Notes under the pieces: model-generated | Database searches by the model: none | Told to the model about the DNA's origin: nothing | The model's input: the letters and a program-made list of their open reading frames with translations, nothing else | From: Candidatus Micrarchaeota archaeon | GTDB lineage: Archaea > Micrarchaeota > Micrarchaeia > Anstonellales > Bilamarchaeaceae | NCBI GenBank assembly: GCA_043827025.1 | Contig: JBDRPL010000009.1 | Coordinates: 4,075 to 68,074, forward strand | Direction: 5' to 3' | DNA length: 64,000 nt | Program-made: the position numbers and the translations under genes | Shown: positions 38,392 to 46,747 of the stretch, in pieces | Layout: every line of letters starts with the position of its first letter | Numbering within the stretch: position 1 is the stretch's first letter

Positions 38392-39174
38392 ATGTCGTCC
38401 AACCTTATCAAATTTGCAGAGGAGAACAAAACTGTTTTATGTTTCGGTGTTGATCCTGTAAAGGAGAAGATGCCGTCTGGCGTTTCAATCTCGAACTTTT
38501 TCGGTTCAATGATTGACACGCTTCTCAACGAGCACCAGATTGCTTCCATAAAGCCTAACTATGCTTTCTTTGCTCAGTATGGGTTTGATGGCCTGAAAGA
38601 GCTAAAGCATTTGCTTGACAAATACAAAAACAAAACACATATCATACTTGATGCAAAACGCGGAGACATTGGAAACACAGGCAAGGCCTATGCAAAGGAA
38701 ATATTCGATTTCTGGGGTGCAGATGCTGTTACCATTTCGCCTTACATGGGATTTGATTCAGTCGAGCCCTTCCTGAGGGAAGGAAAAACAGTTTACATGC
38801 TCTGTAAAACATCAAACAAGGGTTCGAATGATTTTCAGGAAATAGCTGATTCAAAAGGAGAAAAACTATACACGCACGTAGCAAAAAAGGCAGTTGAATG
38901 GAAAACTGGTTTGGTTGTTGGAGCAACAAGTGATTCCATCGATTCAATTATAAATATTACAAAAGGACAAATTCCATTCCTGATTCCAGGAGTTGGAACA
39001 CAAGGTGGGGATTTGGAAATGGTTCTCAATGCCATTAAAGCAAATCCAATGATACACAGGATAAATTCTTCTTCTGGAATCTCTTATGCCTATCAAAAAA
39101 CAGGAGAAAAGCCTGAAGTTTCGGCATTGAATGAGGCAAAGAAGCTCAATTCCCTGATTGGCAGATTATTCTAA
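38392..39174 (+). CDS. pyrF: Orotidine-5'-phosphate decarboxylase
   Basis: GVDP, IKPNYAFF, ILDAKRGDIGNT, CKTSN, VVGAT, PGVGTQGG. Confidence 0.96.
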   Translation: MSSNLIKFAEENKTVLCFGVDPVKEKMPSGVSISNFFGSMIDTLLNEHQIASIKPNYAFFAQYGFDGLKELKHLLDKYKNKTHIILDAKRGDIGNTGKAYAKEIFDFWGADAVTISPYMGFDSVEPFLREGKTVYMLCKTSNKGSNDFQEIADSKGEKLYTHVAKKAVEWKTGLVVGATSDSIDSIINITKGQIPFLIPGVGTQGGDLEMVLNAIKANPMIHRINSSSGISYAYQKTGEKPEVSALNEAKKLNSLIGRLF

Positions 39175-39918
39175 TTTTTCATTTGTCCCTTCACTTTTAT
39201 TCATCTCTTCAATTTCTTCCTGGTTTTTGCCTTCCACTTTTTTCTTTTCATCCTTTTTTTCTTCGCGTTTCAAATACTCAGGCATTTCCTTTTCCTTTGC
39301 CCTATTCTCTGCAAGCCTCATGAGCACCCAGCTTGCAACGCCAATAACTGCGAATACTATCATCAGAGTCACAAGAAGGCTTTTTGTCCAGTCCGTTATG
39401 ATTATCTGGAACTTTGCAACCATTGCCTTATTTTCCGATGTCTGAGAGATATCTGAGAAAAAGTTCGGGAAAATCGCGCCAAATATGATTGGGATTATAA
39501 GCCAAAGCACCGCCATGCTGACAACATACATTATGGAATTGTTCCTAAAGCTGCGGAATATGTCTGTGAATGTAAGTGCAATATTCCTGTTCTTAAGATA
39601 AAGCAAAAATGAGGCAATTGCTATAAGTATGATTATTGCAGGGAACACAATGTTTTTCATTTGGTTAAGTCCTATCTGCTCGCCTATTGTTCCGAACTGC
39701 GAATCCAACATTTTATCAAAATCGTCAGAATTTTGTTGTGGTACATTTACAAATTCCTTGATCTCTTTCTTGAGCTCAACAAGCTTGTCCGGGAGTATGG
39801 CTCCGGTGACTGCAAGAAATATCAGCAGAAATGCAACTAAAAAGGCCAGCCCTGCAAGCTTTCCCAAAACAAAATCCTTTATTCCCATAATAAAAACCTG
39901 ATTTTCATACTTGTGCAC
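39166..39918 (-). CDS. Hypothetical membrane protein
   Basis: Four hydrophobic helices and a charged C-terminal tail. Confidence 0.7.
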   Translation of the reverse strand: MHKYENQVFIMGIKDFVLGKLAGLAFLVAFLLIFLAVTGAILPDKLVELKKEIKEFVNVPQQNSDDFDKMLDSQFGTIGEQIGLNQMKNIVFPAIIILIAIASFLLYLKNRNIALTFTDIFRSFRNNSIMYVVSMAVLWLIIPIIFGAIFPNFFSDISQTSENKAMVAKFQIIITDWTKSLLVTLMIVFAVIGVASWVLMRLAENRAKEKEMPEYLKREEKKDEKKKVEGKNQEEIEEMNKSEGTNEKLE

Positions 39919-40164
39919 TTAAACCTGTATTCCAATGAATTTCAATACTATCAATATCAATAAACCCGGTATTCCGCCTATTGCTGCAACAATTACAGTG
40001 ACTGCAGTTATAGGAAGTATCCCGAAGAAATAGCACAGAAAGAGCCCTACGATTGAAATCACAGTTTGTATTAATAGTTTGGCAATGCTCTTCAATACTT
40101 TGAAAAGCACGAAGCTCAATACCACTGCAAGCCCAGTATATCCAAGAATTCCAATGACATCCAT
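39919..40164 (-). CDS. BofA-like small membrane protein
   Basis: Three TM helices, LPITAVTVIVAAIGGIPG motif. Confidence 0.75.
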   Translation of the reverse strand: MDVIGILGYTGLAVVLSFVLFKVLKSIAKLLIQTVISIVGLFLCYFFGILPITAVTVIVAAIGGIPGLLILIVLKFIGIQV

Positions 40165-40235
40165 GCTTTTGATTCGAATCGCAAGTATTAAAATAGTTCT
40201 GTCTGAATCTATTCTAGAATTTCAGAGGTGGTAGA

Positions 40236-42221
40236 GTGGTAACATTAGCTTTGTCTTTAGCATTTGCAATTGGCATCATTACCCTGTTGTATGCAGGATG
40301 GCTTACAAGGGGAGTGATGCAGGCAAAGAGCGGAGACGCAAAGATGCAGCAGATATCCAAAGCAATACAGGAGGGCGCTAATGCTTTCTTGATGAGGCAA
40401 TACAAAACATTGTTGCCCCTTGTCGTGGTTCTGCTTGCAATAATTGGATATTTCATAAGTTTCAATACAGGAATTGCATTTCTTGCAGGAGTATTATCTT
40501 CTGCTTTGGCAGGATATGTCGGCATGCAGGTTTCTGTTCGTGCAAATGTAAGAGTGGCTCAAGCAGCCAGTTCTGGCCTGGATCAGGCACTGAGCCTTGC
40601 ATTCAGAGGCGGTTCTGTAACTGGAATGGCATTGACGGGTCTTGGATTAGTTGGCCTTTCTGCTCTTTACTTTGCATTTGGTGCAGATCAGGCAGCACTT
40701 GTTCCCTTGATTGGATATGGGTTCGGTGCATCTTTGATTTCACTGTTCGCAAGGGTTGGCGGCGGAATCTACACAAAAGCAGCAGATGTTGGTGCTGACC
40801 TTGTTGGTAAAGTTGAGAAGGGAATACCTGAAGATGACCCAAGGAATCCTGCAGTGATTGCAGACAACGTTGGAGACAATGTTGGTGATTGCGCAGGCAT
40901 GGCAGCAGATGTGTTTGAATCATTTGTTGTCACCATAATCGCAGCAATGCTTCTTGGCGGTGCGCTGGTTAACAATATGGAGATTCCACTTGCAATAGGT
41001 GCATTGGGAGTTCTCGCAAGCATAATTGGCTCGTTATTTGTCAGATTGGGAAAGAGCAAGAAAATCATGGGCGCATTTTACATGGGTATTGGCGTAAGCG
41101 CAGTGTTCCTGTTGATCTTGTCATATGCATACTTGAATTACATAGGGGACGTTTCATTGTTTCCTGTAATCATAGTGGGTGCATTGGTGACTGGAATAAT
41201 GTTTTATGTAACTGAATACTACACAGGAAAGGAATACGGGCCAGTGCAGCAGGTCGCAGCAGCATCAAAAACAGGTGCTGGAACAAATATCATACAAGGT
41301 CTTGCAATTGGAATGCAGTCTACTGTAATTCCAGTATTATTAATTGTAATTGCAATTGCCATTTCGTACACAGTAGGTGGATTGTTTGGAATAGCAGTTG
41401 CTGCAGCAGCAATGCTTTCATTGTCTGGCATAGTGATTGCAGTTGACTCATATGGTCCAATCACTGATAATGCAGGTGGAATAGCTGAGATGAGCGGATT
41501 GCCTCCAAATGTGAGGAAAATAACTGATGAGCTGGATTCTGTTGGAAACACAACAAAGGCAACGACAAAAGGTTTTGCCATAGTTGGTGCAGCACTTGGC
41601 GCACTTGCGCTTTTCGCTGCTTTCAGCGAAGCCACGGGCTTGACAGTGATTAATCTGTTGATGCCACAGGTTACTATAGGTCTGTTCATCGGAGCAGCGC
41701 TTCCATTCATCTTCTCCAGCCTTTTGATGACTGCTGTTGGTAAAGCAGCATTTGAGATTGTTGAAGAGGTAAGGAGACAGTTCCGTGAGATAAAGGGATT
41801 GATGGAAGGCACTGGAAAAGCTGACTATGCAAGATGCGTTGACATTTCGACAAAAACAGCTTTGAAAGAACTTGTTGTTCCTGGAATCATCGCAGTCTTC
41901 ACTCCATTGGTTGTTGGCCTTCTGTTCGGTGCAGAGGCTCTTGCAGGCCTATTGGCAGGGGTTATTGCATCTGGTCTGCTCATGGCATTGTTCATGTGCA
42001 ACGCAGGCGCAGCCTGGGACAATGGAAAGAAATACGTTGAAGATGGCAACTTCGGTGGCAAGGGAAGCGATGCTCACAAGGCAGCAGTTGTTGGTGACAC
42101 AGTTGGGGATCCATTGAAGGATACGGCCGGTCCAGCATTGAATGCTTTGATTAAAGTAGTAAATACGGTTTCACTTGTGTTTGCTTCTTTGATATTGGCG
42201 TATGGGATACATCTGATTTAG
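40236..42221 (+). CDS. hppA: Membrane-integral H+-translocating pyrophosphatase, predicted K+-independent
   Basis: GGGIYTKAADVGADLVGK, EDDPRNPAVIADNVGDNVGD, GNTTKATTKG, GDTVGDPLKDTAGPA. Confidence 0.96.
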   Translation: MVTLALSLAFAIGIITLLYAGWLTRGVMQAKSGDAKMQQISKAIQEGANAFLMRQYKTLLPLVVVLLAIIGYFISFNTGIAFLAGVLSSALAGYVGMQVSVRANVRVAQAASSGLDQALSLAFRGGSVTGMALTGLGLVGLSALYFAFGADQAALVPLIGYGFGASLISLFARVGGGIYTKAADVGADLVGKVEKGIPEDDPRNPAVIADNVGDNVGDCAGMAADVFESFVVTIIAAMLLGGALVNNMEIPLAIGALGVLASIIGSLFVRLGKSKKIMGAFYMGIGVSAVFLLILSYAYLNYIGDVSLFPVIIVGALVTGIMFYVTEYYTGKEYGPVQQVAAASKTGAGTNIIQGLAIGMQSTVIPVLLIVIAIAISYTVGGLFGIAVAAAAMLSLSGIVIAVDSYGPITDNAGGIAEMSGLPPNVRKITDELDSVGNTTKATTKGFAIVGAALGALALFAAFSEATGLTVINLLMPQVTIGLFIGAALPFIFSSLLMTAVGKAAFEIVEEVRRQFREIKGLMEGTGKADYARCVDISTKTALKELVVPGIIAVFTPLVVGLLFGAEALAGLLAGVIASGLLMALFMCNAGAAWDNGKKYVEDGNFGGKGSDAHKAAVVGDTVGDPLKDTAGPALNALIKVVNTVSLVFASLILAYGIHLI

Positions 42222-42310
42222 GTCTTGGGTCTAGCGTCCTGAGTTTCGAATCCTTATTTTTTATTTTTCTTTTCTTATTAGGCGCTATCACATCTATTTT
42301 TAATGACAGC

Positions 42311-42670
42311 CCAAGGGGGATGCCCACTCATCGTGAACGAAGTTCACGAGTGTGCCCGTGACCGTGTGTTAAGTTGTCCTGAAAAGGATGCGACTGTAGG
42401 GGGATCCAAGCAACAAAAGCAAAGCCTCCAAAATTAAGAAGCTGATTAAACTGGCGCGTGCTAAGAAATAGTTTCTATTCCATACGGATTCCGTATTTTC
42501 GTCTCATAGAGCAGCCTTTATATGCTCTGCTACTCAGAAGAGCACTCGGCGAGATGATCTATTCTCCGATAAAACGGCGTTCCGTTTTATGGATCATAAA
42601 TCGATGCGTCGATTTATCGGTCGTGCCAAATTTGGCATAGTCGTGCTAAACAGGAGTAAGATCTCTGATC
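42311..42670. other. Palindrome-rich non-coding segment between convergent hppA and tRNA-Leu
   Basis: At least seven stem-loops; begins with CAGC|CCAAGGGGG, identical to the IS200-like left junction. Confidence 0.5.
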
Positions 42671-42679
42671 TAATATAAA

Positions 42680-42861
42680 TGCAGGGGGCAGGAAATTCCG
42701 TTTCCAGTTCCCGGTTTTCGGTTTTGGAAACTTTTGAACCTGCGGACTCACTAAGAGACTGGATGTCTTATTGCTTTTTAGCAACCGTGTTTTTGGGCTG
42801 CCTTTTTCCTAAAAAGGCAGACTTAAGTCCAGCGCGTTTGACCGAGCTCTGCCACCCCTGC
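42680..42861 (-). tRNA. tRNA-Leu(TAA) with two introns: 37/38 (42765-42821, 57 nt) and 59/60 (42694-42732, 39 nt)
   Basis: Acceptor GCAGGGG/CCCCTGC + A73, anticodon stem CTGGA/TCCAG with loop CT-TAA-G|A, long variable arm, T stem GCAGG/CCTGC interrupted by a BHB intron. Confidence 0.92.
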
Positions 42862-43027
42862 GAACGAAGTGAGCAGGGGGCATTGACCAATAGGCCAATC
42901 CAACCCCTGCATGCAGAAGATAAAAATACCTACGAACAATTAATAAAAGATGTACAATCCGGTTTCAATTGCGTTTTTGCAAACATTTAAGTCTATTATC
43001 ATATATGTTTAATTATGGTATTAATTT

Positions 43028-43819
43028 ATGCAGATGCGTTATCGAAAAGAAAGGCATGGTTTTCAAAAGCCAAATGTACTTGGCATCCCAGGCCATGTCT
43101 TCGGCAGGCATTGGCACCAGAGGAGAGGCGCTAAGGTTCCATCTGATAATGCTGAGATGAGAGACGAAGTTCATATCCGATGGCCCACTGCCATAGAAGT
43201 AAAAATGCATCTTTTTCCTGGTAGATGCCCCTTCATCTTGCCTAATGATGATCATTGGGGTGTAACTCGTACAAAACTTGATGAAATTGAAATGGCTCAG
43301 CAGTTTCCAATCTCGGTTCACTGCAGAACTCTTGTGTCTCAAGTAATCATGCCGGTTATCCTTTACTGGGGTTGCGGCAGGGGAACTGCGGTTCGAACTT
43401 TGGCAGAAGATCCTGAAATCAAGGGAAGAGCCCTTATTTTTGGCTATGGTGACCTTTAGTACTCCGAATGGAATGAAATTCAAGGAGTCAAATTCCTCTT
43501 CTTTGTCAAAGAACATCTTGCAGAATACTTCAGAAGGATGAAATTACGTATAGATTTTATTTTCAGTAATTGTGCAGTGGATTATCTGCATGGACAGGTT
43601 TTAATAGATCATTTGACGGATTTGGCCTCGGTGATGTCTCCGGGCGGAGTTCTTCTTTTTCCAGGAATGTGTAATCGACCTGAAATGACCAGGCTTATGG
43701 ATTTATTTGATGAACTGGGTCCATACCCCGCTGCTTGCAGTGAAATCCAGTTCATCAAAGCTGTGACCGAATGGGGCATACCCTATCAGCTTGCTGTGGG
43801 GTCCCTTCGGTCACATTGA
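43028..43819 (+). pseudogene. Class I SAM-dependent methyltransferase interrupted by an in-frame TAG (43457-43459)
   Basis: ILYWGCGRG (motif I) before the stop; IDFIFSN and MSPGGVLL (later motifs) after it in the same frame. Confidence 0.75.
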
Positions 43820-43940
43820 TTTGAGATTAGAACAATCGATTATGAACATGGCGGTCTTTCTCTTCCATCTGCATATGTCCTTACCAAAAAGCCAGAAACT
43901 GGAAACCCATGATCCAAGACGCTGGACTCTAGACTGGAGA

Positions 43941-45242
43941 CTAATACAAATATCCCCACATGGCCAGCCTGTCGCTGTCTTCTGCCCACTTGGCGCCTAT
44001 GTCTGTCCTGTAGAACATGTTTGGTATAATTATGTTCTTTATCCTGTTGTAGACCAGCCTTCTTGTTTCCTCCATGGTGGTTCCGGAAGCTGTTATTATG
44101 AGTGAATAGCCGCAGTTGCCTGCAAGCCTCCAATCATTCTCAACCAGTTTCACATCTCCAAGGTGGACTCCGTCCATATTGGATTTCTTGAAGATTATGG
44201 ATGCATCTTCTGAATATCTTTTGAAGGATTCAGGGTCATTGAAAGGGAATGGAGGCACTGCAATCACAACTCCTATCTCAAAAGCCCTTTTAGTCCTTAA
44301 TTCTGGCTTCTCTTTTTTGGCCATGCCGTAGAGGAACGTGCCCCATTCATTCAGTACGCCTTCCATGACAATGCTTATGTGGGGATAGCCGAATCTGCTT
44401 GTGAATTCAAGAGGATATATTCCTCGTGAGTTGGCGATGCAATTTATGTCTATGTATCCAACGTAGCCGCATGCTGCCAGTTTCTCTTTCATCTTTAGTA
44501 GTGTCGCATCAAACAGCGGGCTTCTGTTGGTGAAGAACATCGAAGTGCCCATCTCCCCAGTACTTGGTCCTATGTCCCCGGGAAACATTCTTTTGTGTTC
44601 GAAATTTATGTTTATTGGGTAAAGGAACTCCTCGCCATTGAAGAATGCTCCCACTGCAACTTCGACACCAGAGATGTGTTTCTGTATCTGGAATTCCTTT
44701 ATTTTTTTGCCCCAGTTTTTCTTGTACCTTTCAAGCATCTCTACGATGTCTTTTCCATCATCTTCCTGTCCGACAAACAGAAGTTCCTTTTCGTTCTGCG
44801 CTATTCCGCTTGGCTTTAACACATACCTATCAGGAGTCTTTACAATGAATTCCACTGCATCGTCAAAATTGGTGAAATTCCATCTTGGGATTATGTTTAT
44901 GCCAACTGATTTCATCTCGGATTGGCCAAATTCCCTGTCCATCTCCAGTTTGTCAGTATAAACGCTTCCTCCAACTACAGGTTTCCCTGATTTTCTTAGT
45001 TTCTCTGCATCTTCGCCAAATCCAAAATCATCGAATACAATCAGGTCTGCCCAGTCCACATGTTCCTTCCAGTTGTCAACTTTATCTACAAATCCATCGC
45101 AAACATCTTTCTGGTCTTCTTCTTTAATGTAATATTTTACCTCATGGCCTTCTTTTTTGATGGCCCAAGCCATATCGCCTATAAGCGCATCAATTGAAAC
45201 AAACAGTATTTTCAATGTTTTTTTATGATTGTTGCCATTCAT
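43941..45242 (-). CDS. PurD-like ATP-grasp ligase (divergent)
   Basis: KLEMDREFG, YVLKPSG, GVEVA, FEHKRMFPGDIGPSTGEMGT, LEFTSRFG; lacks the canonical PurD GGREHA motif. Confidence 0.85.
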   Translation of the reverse strand: MNGNNHKKTLKILFVSIDALIGDMAWAIKKEGHEVKYYIKEEDQKDVCDGFVDKVDNWKEHVDWADLIVFDDFGFGEDAEKLRKSGKPVVGGSVYTDKLEMDREFGQSEMKSVGINIIPRWNFTNFDDAVEFIVKTPDRYVLKPSGIAQNEKELLFVGQEDDGKDIVEMLERYKKNWGKKIKEFQIQKHISGVEVAVGAFFNGEEFLYPININFEHKRMFPGDIGPSTGEMGTSMFFTNRSPLFDATLLKMKEKLAACGYVGYIDINCIANSRGIYPLEFTSRFGYPHISIVMEGVLNEWGTFLYGMAKKEKPELRTKRAFEIGVVIAVPPFPFNDPESFKRYSEDASIIFKKSNMDGVHLGDVKLVENDWRLAGNCGYSLIITASGTTMEETRRLVYNRIKNIIIPNMFYRTDIGAKWAEDSDRLAMWGYLY

Positions 45243-45359
45243 ATCTATATTGGGGGACAAATATTTATTTGCATTTTGGTATTTTTGCAGATGTATCCAT
45301 TTTTTTACAACAATCCACAAAAATAAGCTTTTTATATGCTCCTATTGTAGTTTATACAA

Positions 45360-46148
45360 ATGGATCAGCTCAAAGGCATTGCTTTGCGCAATTACAATGG
45401 TGATAAGCGCGAAGGTTCTCGGCACGCATACATTTTGAATGAGCTTAGAAAAAGAGGCTGCAAGCCTATTGTGGATTCCCATATGAACATTTGGGTGGAA
45501 AAAGGGAAAGGCAGGCCAGTTGCCTTGTTTTCTTCGCACATGGATATTGATCCAAAGATAAAAAAGCCGGTTTTCAAGGAAATTAATAAAAAGGGCCGCA
45601 AATCTGTTTTTGGAGTTTTGGATAATTGTATAGGTTGCCACATCAATCTTGTTCTTGCAAGCAAAAAGCCGAAAAAAGGCACAGCGATTTACGTTTTTAC
45701 AGCTTCTGAGGAAGTCAAATGGAATTGCCCGAGAATTTTCTCCCGCAGTGCCAAGGAAGTGGTTACTGAGCTTAAGCGCAGGAATATAGAACCAGATTTT
45801 TGCATTGCCATTGACGTTACTTATCCTAGGCAGATACGGGTCCACAAAGGTCAGGACCTAAACAAGAACTATAAAAAATTTTTTGATATTTCAGACAAGA
45901 CTCACTGCTATGTTGATTGCTATGCCAACCAGGTTTCAAGAAAGCTTGGGAAGTCTCTTGTCAGAAAATTCAATGACTCAAAAGTCAAGTTCCGCAATCT
46001 TCATGGCCATGATGAATCTTATGTCTATGGTAGGATTGCGCCTTCATTTGGTTTCGGGCCGGTTGTTTACGGTGCATTCGACAAGCCGAAACAGCTGATG
46101 CCCCTGTCGCACATGAAGAGCGCAATACGTTTTTTGCGAAAGTTTTAA
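45360..46148 (+). CDS. Zn-dependent exopeptidase-superfamily hydrolase (M20/M28/M42-like)
   Basis: SSHMD, GVLDN, FTASEE, IAIDVT metal-ligand motifs. Confidence 0.75.
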   Translation: MDQLKGIALRNYNGDKREGSRHAYILNELRKRGCKPIVDSHMNIWVEKGKGRPVALFSSHMDIDPKIKKPVFKEINKKGRKSVFGVLDNCIGCHINLVLASKKPKKGTAIYVFTASEEVKWNCPRIFSRSAKEVVTELKRRNIEPDFCIAIDVTYPRQIRVHKGQDLNKNYKKFFDISDKTHCYVDCYANQVSRKLGKSLVRKFNDSKVKFRNLHGHDESYVYGRIAPSFGFGPVVYGAFDKPKQLMPLSHMKSAIRFLRKF

Positions 46149-46173
46149 ATAACATTGTATTTAATGTTATTTT

Positions 46174-46728
46174 ATGTACAAACTTCAAGGGCCAAGAAGA
46201 TTACCCAAGTCGCACATTATGTGTGTTATCCGGGATCATCCCCCACGACCTGAAGATATAATGGGCAGATCTCATTTGCAGGTATCAAAGGGTACTGGAA
46301 TTTCCAGAGACTATGCGAATCAATTTAATTCTATTTTCAGTGCACTGCTGATCTTTATTCGGTTTAAGTCGCTAGGTCGGGATCCAAACTTTGCAATTAA
46401 TAAAATCAGGCAATTCATATCAAAGACTGTGCACTATCAGGTTTTTCTGAAAAGTAAGTTAGCTCTTTATGCCAATACGCCTTCTGGAGCGGCAATGGAT
46501 GCGGATTCGACATTGAGGACATTATGTTCTCCCAAACAAAAAATAAAAATGCTTGACCATCTTGTTGATTCCTTACATACTACTGGATCAGAAAGTTCTC
46601 TTGACATTATCCGTATTCTTGATGTTGTTTTAGAGGCGTTTTCATTGATTTACTCTCGAAAAGAGGGTGCCAAGATTTTGAAACAGATTGCTGACACAAG
46701 GGATGACTTGGCTGCATCTTTAAAATGA
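46174..46728 (+). CDS. Hypothetical orphan protein
   Basis: 184-aa ORF with no antisense competitor; no motif recognised. Confidence 0.6.
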   Translation: MYKLQGPRRLPKSHIMCVIRDHPPRPEDIMGRSHLQVSKGTGISRDYANQFNSIFSALLIFIRFKSLGRDPNFAINKIRQFISKTVHYQVFLKSKLALYANTPSGAAMDADSTLRTLCSPKQKIKMLDHLVDSLHTTGSESSLDIIRILDVVLEAFSLIYSRKEGAKILKQIADTRDDLAASLK

Positions 46729-46747
46729 CTTCATTCAATTTCCTGCG

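Noticed and set aside
42862-42910. Possible third intron near positions 8-11 of tRNA-Leu
   Set aside because: No BHB or BHL geometry can be drawn, and the downstream copy already gives a complete 5' end.
42679-42990. 103-aa + strand ORF
   Set aside because: Antisense to tRNA-Leu.
43013-43516. 167-aa - strand ORF
   Set aside because: Shadow of the + strand methyltransferase frame, which carries the motifs.
43941-45242. Annotation as canonical purD
   Set aside because: Missing GGREHA and no pur gene context; left as PurD-like.
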